A stretch of 63,246 nt of DNA, filler included, from Choristocarpus tenellus KU-1152 (lineage: Eukaryota; Protista; Phaeophyceae), in NCBI GenBank assembly GCA_964200185.2. It is 15 parts of 15 records of this genome, joined end to end, with 100 filler letters (N's around TTAATTAATTAA, not from the genome) between each part and the next. Parts side by side here need not be neighbours in the genome. Positions count along the whole stretch, not along the records: positions 48,411 to 52,877 come from CAXNAD020014409.1; positions 52,978 to 55,808 come from CAXNAD020024355.1; positions 55,909 to 58,988 come from CAXNAD020022461.1; positions 59,089 to 63,246 come from CAXNAD020015924.1; 11 more parts are not named here. The stretch is one strand, 5' to 3'. The stretch's first letter is position 1, and each line of letters begins with the position of its first letter. The notes under the pieces are model-generated. The model had not been told where the DNA came from, did no database searches, and worked only from the letters and a program-made list of their open reading frames with translations. Below, in pieces: positions 52,195 to 63,246 of the stretch. A program made the translations under genes and the position numbers.

Positions 52195-52199
52195 CTGCT

Positions 52200-52877
52200 C
52201 CTTTGTCCCGGTAGGGGGCTGATCCTACGTCTGTGGGTGTCCCTGCATGGAAGACTAGATCCATGCGGAAACTCCTGTCAACAGTAATGGGGCTATCATC
52301 CTCTGTAGTAGTGCAAGGGATGCCCATTCCCTTGCATAGTTGGCTGAGGCGTTTAACTCTAGGGGTATGTTGTCGCACCTGGCCTCCTGCCCCGGGGCAG
52401 GTACGGGTATGTCTGGTGTCAACATTTTGCCTCCTGCACCCAGTCACTGGGCACCTGTTTGACAGGGTCTCCTCCCTCCTAGGGATCTGCTGGCGGTGAG
52501 TTTGAATTCTGCAGGGGGGATCTGGCATGCCGGCTCCAGGGGTTGCGTTTAGGTCCATGCATTTTCCCCTTGTCCAAACTGGCTCCAGCGGTGTGCTAGG
52601 GCTAGTGAGGAGCTTTCTTACCACTGTTGTACTGCATTTGGAATGCGGGCTAGTTGTGTCCAGAAGGAATCAAAACGGATCCTATTCAGGAGGCAAGTGA
52701 TCTCGTGTTGATCCTTCCTTGTGATCCTGGCGTCATGAGCTGCCAGAATGTGAACCTCCGGGGTAGGTATGGGGGATGCTGTTCCCCCCCAGGTTACCCA
52801 ATCTTGGCCAATGGTTACTGCCAGGTCTTCTGAGGGGACACCTGTAGAGAGGAGGGTGTGGATGGACCATCCCAAAG
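52200..52877 (-). mobile_element. CRE-clade non-LTR element, zinc-knuckle/RLE region
   Basis: ORF 52184-52624 contains CPVTGC..VDTRHTRTC (CCHC-type), GGQVRQH and RSFRMDLVF. Confidence 0.85.
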
Positions 52878-55652
52878 NNNNNNNNNNNNNNNNNNNNNNN
52901 NNNNNNNNNNNNNNNNNNNNNTTAATTAATTAANNNNNNNNNNNNNNNNNNNNNNNNNNNNNNNNNNNNNNNNNNNNGGGGGGGGTGGCGGGGGGGGGGG
53001 GGGGGGGGGGGGGTGGTGAGGAGACAGGGGGAGAGGGAGGTTCGGGTACTATCTCTGGTACTGAGTTGGGCTTAGGTCTACCCAAGGACAGAGATCTGTT
53101 CCCAACTATTACGCTGCATAGCCCTGGTACTCAGGTGTGTGTCATAATGATTGGCAAGTAGTATTTTGTTTTCTCCCTTGCCCACTAAGTGCTTAAATGA
53201 GTGTCCACGGAAAGGTTTTGTCGCAGTTGACTTATGACAGTGTTGATAAACAATACTGTGTAGGGCTTGTGGTGTGAAGACTACATTGTACATATTGGAG
53301 GTGATTGTAGAGGGTGGGTGCCCATTAGGCCACGAAATAGTAAAGTTGGAGTTGATATGTACTGATACCCAGTGTGTGTGTGTGTTTGTGCTCTTGATGT
53401 CCTACCACTTCGTGTATCGTGGAACTTGTCATCCCTATCCATCTGTTTCTTGTAGATTTCTTACCCGCTTCTTACCTAATTCTTACACATTTCTTTTACA
53501 TTTCTTATTCATTTCTTACCCGTTTCTTATATATTTCTTTTCCGTTTCTTACCTGCTTCTTACCTATTCCTTACCTATTTCAGGTGTTCTGTCGATTCTG
53601 TGCTGCAGACATGCTCTACTGTACACGTGAAGGCGTGGGTGCCCCACCAAGAGTGCCAATCTATGCCCTTGATGGCAGCCTTATACTTGATGCAGAGGCT
53701 CCAGTACTTAATGAAGTTTAGGTGTAAGCGTCTCCTATTAATACATGGTAGGAACTAGGAACAGGAGGGATGTCATGTCACGGTTAGGATAAAGATTTCA
53801 AAAAACAAACAGTACCTGAGGCCTCGTGTCAACTGGGTGAGAGGGGAGGGCACATAAGACCTTGGCCCTGCCTAGATGTACATAAGAAGTGAAAAGGGTG
53901 TGTAAGAGCAATAGTCGACTCCATTTCTGTGAGAGATACGGGGGATTGGTGAAGGGACTCATGAAACAGCCCCCCCATTACCCCACCTCTCCCTCAGGAA
54001 TCGTGGAATATGTGTATTTTTATATTTGGCTGCATTGTGTTTGTCTTCATTGGGTGTCAGTCACCTGATGACTCCCTGCTTTTTTGTTCTAATCCTCTGG
54101 TGTGTAGGGTGGGTAGAAGGCGATTGAGAGCAATGGCATAGCGGTGTGTGAGGTGGGGCAAAGGAAAATTTGCCAAGGAGAAATATGATCACAGGGAGAG
54201 TGATGATGTTGAGGCTGTTTCTTGTTTTGTTGTGTTTTGTCTGTTGGATGTTATCAAAGTGTTTTGTGTTCTTCTGTTGGATGTTGTCCAAGTGTTTTGC
54301 ATTGTTCCTTGTTTTTTGTTTGATGATGTCATCAAGTTGTTTTGTATTTGTTGTCTTTGTTGTGTGTTGTCTTTGAATACTTTACATTTCATGCTTATGT
54401 TTTTTAGATGGTGTTCGCAGAGTGCTTTGTGCCCTTGTCTTTTCTTGCTGACAGTTTCACTTTTAGAAAGAAAAATATGTTATTTTTTCCTTTTTGTGTG
54501 GTGTAGTGGGGTATGTGTATGTGCACCCCATTCCCTATTACACTGTATGATGTCCATTATTTTGGCATGTTTGGTGCATAAATTCCTGGGATATGGTGGT
54601 ATGGATATTTGGACAAAGTGGTGATTAATAGGCATTGTTGGGCACGTGGCTGTGTGCTCCCCGTGTTTTGCCCCCCAACCACCACACTTATTACCTACCC
54701 CCCTTTGAGTACGTTGAATCAGAGTGAGTGTATTGATTGAAGTGATGCCAATATTTATCCCAATAATTAAATAATGATGAGGATATTGAGGGGATGAGGA
54801 ATGTTGGAAGTCGATTGCCTTCTACTCTGGTGCATTGGGTCAGATGAGACATTGTTACTGTATTGGTGTATGCACCATGTCCCTACCCCTCAATCCCATT
54901 TTATATTTTTTTAGTAAATTTGTCGCTTCTCATTCTTGCGGTCAAGGGTGAAATAGTGGACTCTGTTCAACGATGATATTGTAATGGTGTGGCCGGGGGA
55001 GGGAGGGAAGGAGAGGGGGAGGGCAAGGGCTTGAGACTGGAGAGAAGATGCAGTGCCACACCTCTCTTCCCCCGTGCCTGTGTCACTTGAGCCTCACAAT
55101 AGGGTCTCCCACTTGTTGCTGCTTACACTTCATGCCGAGAATCTTGTAAGACACTGCCTCGATCAGGTTAATCCCAGCCCCTTACGTCTGCACATGGTGC
55201 GAAAGTATTGATGCATGTATTTTGAGCCTTACGATAAATTGATCTTATTTCTTCACCAGCAGATCCACCATTGTTGTGGTGGCCTTTGGTATATGTTAAG
55301 CTGACCAGAGTGAGTCTAGGAAACAAAGAGAGGCACTAGACCGTGCAAGGATGGTAATACATTCATATTGTGATGACTTGATAAAGTTGTTTCTGGTGAG
55401 TGCATTATTTGTTGTTGATGAGGTGGATGAGGTGACCTTCACATAGGAGGCAAGTGTTAAAATGTAGCTTAGTGAAGGCTGAGGAGAATCCGAGATCTAT
55501 TGATTGCAAAGAATAGAGGAAGAGATTCTGAATCTTGTACACAATATGCTGGGGTATGTATCAGAGCCAAACCTACTCAGAGCGAGGTGGGTAGTTTTTG
55601 GACCTTTGGCATTCTGAGCCATAATTCTTACCCTGTGCTACATACTCTATTT

Positions 55653-55808
55653 GGCTCAAAATATCTGAGGAGGGAGGGGTGGCGGCTGTCCATTTGGGGT
55701 CAATTTTTTCATGTCGCGATTTTTGGGTGACTTGGCTGCATACATTGGATGGATAATGTAAGTGCACTTTTCCTGGTCATGGTCCAAATGAACACCCTGG
55801 TGTAGACC
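55653..55808 (+). mobile_element. MITE family B, truncated at contig end
   Basis: ggctcaaaatatctgagg..gtccatttgggg..caccctggtgtagacc. Confidence 0.88.
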
Positions 55809-57099
55809 NNNNNNNNNNNNNNNNNNNNNNNNNNNNNNNNNNNNNNNNNNNNTTAATTAATTAANNNNNNNNNNNNNNNNNNNNNNNNNNNNNNNNNNNN
55901 NNNNNNNNCCCCCCCAGATACTTTGAGTCTGACTACATTGAGATACTGTCGACCTGGATGGGCCCAAAAAGAAAATGGCATTAACCAGCAATGTTGGATG
56001 ACTTCAAAAAACGCTAAAAAAAATCTTGAAATGTGGTGTTGTACATCATATTTTGAACAAACTGAAGGAATAGAACAGCAGTATCCCAATCGTTCTTTGC
56101 AATGTTACTGTACATGAATAACACCTGATAAAGAGTGGAATTGACATGCTTTAAACAAAGTTACCCTGTGATGGGTTGGGTGTGGCACTAGGTTTTTGGC
56201 ACCTAAGCATTGTAATTCCAGAAAAAAGTATATTTTCAAATTCTGAACTGAAGTCAGAGTGAAGGATTTCAGGTGCACCTAATATTGAAAATATTATTTA
56301 TGGCAATGGTCGCTTCTTGTTTGTCTGGAGTGGGAATGAGAAAAATAAAGAGTGTCAATTAAAGGAAAGCCGTAAGAACATGCCAGCAACCCTGGAAAGT
56401 GGTCTTGTACTGACACAAAATTGAGAGTAACCCATCCAAAAAAATCGGGATGTGGGAATTCTCCTTCATACAAGGTAGGATGTCTGTGAGAAGTTTTCAT
56501 TGTTGGCACAGTTGAGACACCTCTCACACCAATCTCTGATATCTTTCTGAGACATAGACCACCAGTATCAGTATCATAACTTGTCCAGTGTGCGGGAAAA
56601 GACCTAAGTGACCTCCCGAAGCAGGTGATCATGACAGGTAATGTAAGACCAGGGACTTGACATTCTTTTGGAAGTACTAATTGACGTCAAAAAGCACAGT
56701 GTTTGCGTATATGTGGTCGGGGAAATATGATTAGCAAAGGAAGTTTCAGTATCAACATAAAAAATATGATACTATATGTCACCTCCTGTGGAGGCAAGAG
56801 TGATGAGTTGGGGGTATCAAAATACGCCAAAATAAAGAGAAAACTGATTCATTTTTACTGAATGGATTTTGATGTGGTCTAAAGTTGGAAAGATATTCAC
56901 TGAACTACTGAAAGGTTCACAGTCACTCTGAATTACATCTAATTCATGAAGACGATCTGGATATTTCGTTTGCTTGACGTAGGGCTACAGTACTTGACAA
57001 TGCATTTTCCTGAATGTTCCTGCAAATAGGAACAAGTACTTTCGGCATACGATTGATCTCATTATCAAAGAGGCGAGAAAGTGCATCAGGTACAATATT

Positions 57100-58075
57100 G
57101 TATCTGCCTGGTTAGTCATGAAGTGTAAAGTCGAAACATTGAGCCCAATGCGTCAACATATTATCTGCATCTTGCATGTAATAAAGATATTGGAGCGCCG
57201 CATGGTCCGTGAATAAATCAAAATGTCGACCCCAAAGATATGGACGGCAGTGGTTAATAGTATGGACTATTCCTAAACATTCTTTATACGTGGCCGAGTA
57301 ATTTCGTTGTGCTCCGTCAAATTTCTTCCTAAAATAAGCTACAATATGAAGTGAGGTGTCCGTCGGATCATCTGACGATTTTTGAGCAAGAAAACCACCG
57401 CTGCCCAAGTTATGTGTACAACAAAAGATTCTGAAAAATTAGGATTGTGTAAGAGAGGAGACGAGGTTAATGCTGTTTTGATTATTGCAAATGCGGTATC
57501 GTGAGCTGATGTACATGCTTTTCCTAGTTCACCGGAAGGACATGCTAAGAACTCTTTACGTGTGAATTTTAGGAGGGGTTCTGTCAAGTCTGTATAACGC
57601 GGGATGAACTCCAACAGAAAATGCACATACCAAGGATAGAACGAATATCTTTGATTGTTCAAGGAGTGGGTCGGTCAACAATGGCTTGAATTCGAGCCTT
57701 TTCAAGACGTACCCCTGCACTAGAAACAACATGACCAAGGTATTCAACTTCTGATGGGTCAAACTTCAGTTTGGAAGGTTTTAATGTAAGGCCAGCATTT
57801 TGAAGGGCTATAAAAAGCTTTTCAAACAAAGCTATATGATGGTCCCAAGTGGCAGAACAAAGAATGAGATCATCTATGTAGCAAAGCAGACCTGACCCCG
57901 TGCTAAAATCAGATAGAGCTCGAGCCATCATCCGTTGGAAAATAATGGGGGCATTGCTCAGACCAAAAAGAAGCCGTTTCCATACAAACTTGCCTTTATG
58001 GGTGGCAAAAGCAGTCTTGTCAATGTCTGCTTCTGTTAAAATATTCCACACTGGACCCACGGTAAAGATGAACAA
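57100..58075 (-). mobile_element. Ty3/Gypsy pol remnant (RT + RNase H)
   Basis: DIDKTAFATHKG..FGLSNAP..FQRMM..CYIDDL..GLTLKPSK..YLGHVVS, then AQRNYSATYKECLGIV..RPYLWGRHFDLFTDHAALQYL. Frameshifted. Confidence 0.93.
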
Positions 58076-58836
58076 TCGTGTGCATTGGTAGAGGACAATA
58101 AGTAGCTTGGTGTGAATATATAATGTTAGTGTTACACGGGGCTTGTGGTCTCAATTCCACTGACTGAACTTGTGAGGCTCACAATTGGTGGCACCCATTT
58201 TTATTCCTGTAGTGTGGGGTCTGCAATCGTCCATACTAATTTACTATGAATCACTTGTTTACTTGCCTTCAGTATAGCAAGCGTATCAAGAACATGGAAC
58301 AAATCAATGGACACTGGTGAATACATATGGTATATCTATCACTAGCTCTCCATCCTATTATCTACTCCACTGGTGGAATCTATAGTGTATCAGGAGCACT
58401 ATCCACGAACAGCTTCCGCAACAGAATCTGATTATATGCGGATTGAACGTTTGCAACAGAAAGAAATTTTGCTGCACCAATAGAATCAAGATGTTCTTCA
58501 GCTAAGGGCATGGGCCAAGAACGTTTTATGAGGTAATTATTTATGGTCTGTCGATAATCAATGCAGAAACTTGGGGTCCCATCTGCTTTTGCTATAATAG
58601 TAACAAGGGATCCCCATGGCCTAGAACGAGCTTCAATTAGCCTTGATTTCGTAAATTTTCAACATGTTTGTCAATAATACCTCTAACATGCAGATTGGTT
58701 CGATATGGTGCCCGACTAATAGGTCTGGTACCTGGTTCGAGAGGAAAATCAGCTTCAGCAATGGTACAAGTTCCCAATTATGAGGTGTCGAGGGAAAATA
58801 CTGAGAGGAATTTGGCACAAAGATCCAGTGTTTCGT

Positions 58837-58988
58837 GGCTCAAAGTACTGGGGGTGGATGATGGCTGTCCATTCAGGGCCATTTTTTTTATGTCGCGATT
58901 TTCGTGTTTATGGTCGCATATGTCGGATGGATAGTGTAAGTGCACTTTTCCTGGTTGTGGCCCAAATGGACACCCTGATGTAGACCCC
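58837..58988 (+). mobile_element. MITE family B, truncated at contig end
   Basis: ggctcaaagtactgggggtgg..gtccattcagggcc..aaatggacaccctgatgtagacccc. Confidence 0.88.
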
Positions 58989-60536
58989 NNNNNNNNNNNN
59001 NNNNNNNNNNNNNNNNNNNNNNNNNNNNNNNNTTAATTAATTAANNNNNNNNNNNNNNNNNNNNNNNNNNNNNNNNNNNNNNNNNNNNTTAAAAACAAAA
59101 AAAAAAATCGAAACGACCTCGAGTAAAATCTACTGCGCTACATCCACTGGAATATGGGTGAATTGAAAAAAAAAAAATGGCTAAAATTCCAAAACGGCCA
59201 AAACTCAGGTAATATACCCCCTCTCGTTTACCCAGGACCCTATAGCCTGTTCGAGAAGTCAAACGGGAAGGCGTAACTGTCATCATACTGGCAGTATTCA
59301 GGGGTCAGCCGAGGAGCATCCATGCACCAAGTAGTCAACACATACTGCAGAGGTTAGAATTTTCTGCCATTCACATGCAGGATGTGTACTGAGCCCTTAA
59401 ACGGCCCTGGGCTTGAGGAACAGCGCAGCGTTGACCCCCCGGCCCGACCTTTTGCCGTGATGTGAACTCAAGTCGTTGGTTGCTCTCCCCTTGAAGACTC
59501 CCTGGAACTGTGCAATATAGGCTAGGTAGTCTATAGGTTGTTATCTGTTTAGTGACCAGTACTATATAACAGAGGTATTGCCTGAATGAAGTAATAGTTG
59601 AGGACTTGCTTCTGTGTGCTTACACTAACAGGTTCGAGTCTCGATGGATCGACTTTTGTTTTTGTTAAATGTAAGTGGCTGATGCAGTGCGACTGACGCA
59701 AGACACATTTTTTCACGTTGTCTGCTGACGTGCTCAATAGATAACAATATAAGGCAGAGCACCCCCCCCCTCTTTTGCATAGGAACGTCCTGAGAATTGT
59801 AGAATTCGCTTACGCGGCACACAAGGAGCCCCAACTTAGGGTTAGGGTTAACAGTACTGTCACAAGACACAAAGCACTTCCTTTTTTTTTGTGGTGCGAA
59901 TAGGGTTAGGGTTAGGGTTAGGGCTACGTTCCTACGATACATTCATACGTAAAATATATATTTTTGAATCAAGATAAATATATATATATATTTTTTCTGT
60001 ATTGCTTTGTCGACGGATTACACACCTGCAACAAAGAACTGTAATTGATTTATTTTATTTTATTTTATTTTTGCTTGCTATCGCTTGATGGCAGCGAACA
60101 GCCGTGAGGTTTGTCATGCCGCTCTTCAGACCTGCAGCATCTCGAACAAATTTTCGGGTTGGTTGACAACTTGAACCCCGCTCCACAGGAGAGTAGGACA
60201 CGTGGGAAACCGTTTTGGAACAAGAGTGTAGACTACATTTTATTATTTTCTGGCGCCGTTGGTTGATTAGTACAGATGCCCCCAGTGCGTTAAAACGTTC
60301 TTGACAAGGCCCAGGCACTGAATTCCCCCCCCCCCCCGAACCGAAGCACAATTGCTTGTCCAAAGACTGTGCATAGGTAAACGCAGTTATCAATTACACC
60401 CCAAATCATCCTTGCTTTCAATACGCTCACTTCCTCTCTTTCCCATGGTCATCAAGTCCCCCGTCCCCCTTTCCCCAAATCACTTTTCCCCTTGACTTGT
60501 CCTCTTGACTTGTGCTCTTGACGACTACGAATAAAG

Positions 60537-62898
60537 ACTATCCCACCGTGTGATGTCTTACGGACTCACTCACGTGATATACATGGGAAAGCTCTTCTGG
60601 CCTGCCACTCTGAGCTATGACTGGGGCTTCAGGTTAGATTGATAAAATAGATGAGCTTAAACGTTTGTGTTGTTGGGCACAGCTTCGGGAGGTTGATCAA
60701 TGGCTACAGCTACACCTATGGTTATTATGTTTAGTGCCATGGTGCTGCTTCTAGAATGAGTTGTGCTGATGGTAACATTTGATACTCACTATGGTAGCCT
60801 GTGCTGATATTTTAGTGCTTGAATTAGGTTTTAGGATACACTGAGAATTAGCGATGCATGGGGGACTTCATGGGTACTGTTTTGTGAGACGTCACCAAGG
60901 ATGGGGTTGGTAATGGTGCCAAGTGGTGGAGAAAGGGCACATCAATATTGCTGCAGTGCTTTGCCTTGATAAAACGTTTGGGGTTGGTCTGGGGGTGTGG
61001 TATGTTGTGAAACCTGTTGCACGAACACGTCATTTGAAGAAGTCTTGGAGGAAGGGTACTGCGGGTTGATGTGCGACTATACATGCACGGAGTGATTTAT
61101 CTTTTTCTTGAAAAGTTGACACCCTGTCCAATGCCCAACAACGGTGCCTTCGTCCATTTCCATATTCACTGCCACAATGCCCTCCTCTGCAACGATATCC
61201 TTTTCTCCTCCTCCACCTCCTCCTCTCCCTTCAGTTGCATACCGCAGGTCTCCTCTCCTCTGGACCTGGCCAATGTGGCAACGGTAGCTCTCTACCTCAC
61301 AATCATCACCAGTGCCTACTTTGGCCTGGCTTGCCGCCATCTGCCCCTGCTCTGGGGGCTGGCGTTGACTGTGATCCCCTTTGTGCCAGCTTCCAATGTT
61401 CTTCTCCCAATTGGTGTTGTGGTGGCTGAAAGGGTGTGTGCGGGTGCTTGGGTGGGGGGGGAGGACGGAGAGAGTAAGGGGTGTGTGTGTGTGTGTGCGT
61501 GCGTGCACGCGTGCATGCGTGTGTGTTCTCTTTCTTGTAAATTCCGGATTTTCAAACTTCAAGGTTTCCGATTCTGGAAAAAAATCTACGGAGAATGTCA
61601 GTCACACCGTGCTTCACTTTCTCCTCTATCTCAATCACAATCAGACACAGGGAATCTATCATTGGGATGAAAACTTTGTGCTCCACATGTCAGGGAAAAG
61701 GGGGGGGAGGGGATGGAAGATGCGGGGAGGGTGAGGCATGCTTAAAACTAGGCACTGCATGTAGCACTATTGCCCACAAAAGAAACAGTCCGTCAACTCC
61801 AGTCAGACCATAGCAGTCCCCCAGTCTTCCCTTCCAAGTTCCCCCTCCCATTACAATCTCAGCACCATAGCTTTGAATGCAGAAGAAAAACTGACCCCCT
61901 CTACACTGTGCCCCCCCTTCTTTCCCCCACAACTTTGCCTTCTCCCTCCCCCCCGGTGCACTACCTTGGTTTCCCAACAGCTATTGTACCTGCCAAGTTT
62001 GGGTGCTTGTGTGCTTGCAGGGTGCTTGCTGTACAAAAATGACAGCGAGCCTGAGAACTCTACCGCAGCTTTCCCAGATTCCGCCTCACCTGATGCTATG
62101 AAGAAGAAAAAGGTCTCCTTTCCTCTCTTACAGGAGAGCACCCGATGTGTTCTTGCTGATACTAACCAAAATACATTGAACACAGAAGGCGATGGGGATG
62201 AGGTCCAACAGGGAGGAATCAGAGAGGAGGCGAATAGGAATGCCCCCTGTCTGGAGCATTCTTATACTGATGCTTGTGCAAAAGGACTGAAAGGGGTGAA
62301 ACCCACCAATCCTATCGCAGCACTTAAACCATCTGCACTAGTCACAGAGGCGGTTGTCAGGGCCCCAGCAAGTGGATTTCCAGGGACAGAGGTTGGGAGA
62401 GGATGGGGGCAGGGAGAAAGGGTGAAGGAGAGCAGTGATGCCGACGGCATTCAGAAAGGATTACTGGGAAAAAATGGTGGCATGGGAGGAGGTATCCCAC
62501 TCAAAGAGGAACCTGGTGTGATTCAGGTCAGGAAACAGCAAGGGCAGAGACAGAGGTTACTGCAAAAGTTAGAAGCAGCCGTGAGGATGCCAAAGAAGAA
62601 AACTGGAAAGAGCGAGGGGTGGGGAATGGGGAAGGGGCTAGATCCTTTGCAGGGGCCAGCAAGGAGGAAGCTGAGTGCCCGAGATATGGTTGTGGTTCTT
62701 GTTCTGTCTGCCTGGTGCCTTGGGTTTGGTGCCAGAACGATTTCCCGGTGCTTAGACTGGAGATCTGAAAGGCATCTGTTTGAGGCTGCACTGAAAGTGT
62801 GTCCAGATGGCATCAAGACCCTGAATAATCTCGCCACCCAGATGCTCAACGAGGAGGAGGCCCCAAGGGCAGCTAAACTCCTCAGCAGGGCCATTGAG
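60537..62898 (+). CDS. TMTC: TMTC-like protein O-mannosyltransferase (DUF1736 + TPR), 3 internal exons
   Basis: Exons 60537-60632 (KLFWPATLSYDWGF), 61235-61433 (CIP..IPFVPASNVLLPIGVVVAER) and 61981-62898 (LLYLPSLG..RTISRCLDWRSERHLFEAALKVCPDGIKTLNNLA). These are canonical TMTC motifs. Confidence 0.92.
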
Positions 62899-63246
62899 GT
62901 GAGAATAGAGAATTGTGGATGTGTGTGTGTTAAACCTTAGCGCTTGTTGATAGTTAAATTCAAGAGTGTGATGGAGGGGAAGGTTCTTGCCGGGAGGAAT
63001 TTGGAGCCCACATGTAATGTTTGGGGTGGGGAGATAGCCCCATCATGCATGCCGTTGGAATAGTATACATGTGATGGGATTAACAAGAAAATTGATAAAC
63101 TTGACAACTTCACAAAGTCTCACCCAAAATACATGGAATCAACGATTTTTATTCCCATTTAGTGTAAGTGAATGTTAAGGCGGGAAATACGTAGATGGAT
63201 CTACCTTGTGATCCAAAGTATCTGGGGGGGGGGGCACTATACCAGT

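Noticed and set aside
53584-53721. Possible terminal exon (VFCRFCAADMLYC..)
   Set aside because: A single short segment with no homology cue or partner exon.
54148-54624. 158-aa hydrophobic Cys/Phe-rich ORF as a membrane protein
   Set aside because: It arises from a degenerate TG-rich tandem repeat (54200-54380).
417-62898. Functional gene cluster linking the deacetylase, TMTC and other genes
   Set aside because: The genes lie on separate concatenated contigs, so their proximity is artificial.

Overview
This is not a contiguous locus. It is 15 short contigs (about 2.8-9.8 kb each) joined by artificial 100-bp linkers (44 N + TTAATTAATTAA + 44 N). The DNA is eukaryotic and intron-rich, with GT-AG introns of 0.1-1 kb. 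The gene style, transposon content and scattered TTAGGG tracts suggest a stramenopile, probably a brown alga (inference). Five partial host genes can be spliced by eye: a secreted Agd3/CE18-like polysaccharide deacetylase (11 exons), an ING-N-like + SGF29 tandem-Tudor chromatin reader, a P-loop (AAA_16/STAND-like) protein, an Acl4-like TPR chaperone and a TMTC-like O-mannosyltransferase. Mobile DNA comprises an intron-containing Sola-like transposase pseudogene, three MITE families sharing a G-N4-AAAGTA terminus (many contig ends fall in them), four pieces of a CRE-clade (RLE) non-LTR element, two Ty3/Gypsy remnants (one with a chromodomain), a rearranged Copia insertion, and mariner- and piggyBac-like remnants. 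The most striking signal is short telomeric-repeat tracts written into internal sites. They include head-to-head (TTAGGG)n/(CCCTAA)n junctions and two cases where sibling repeat copies show the site before the change, which suggests telomerase-templated repair or mutagenesis. All family assignments rest on motif recognition; no database searches were run.
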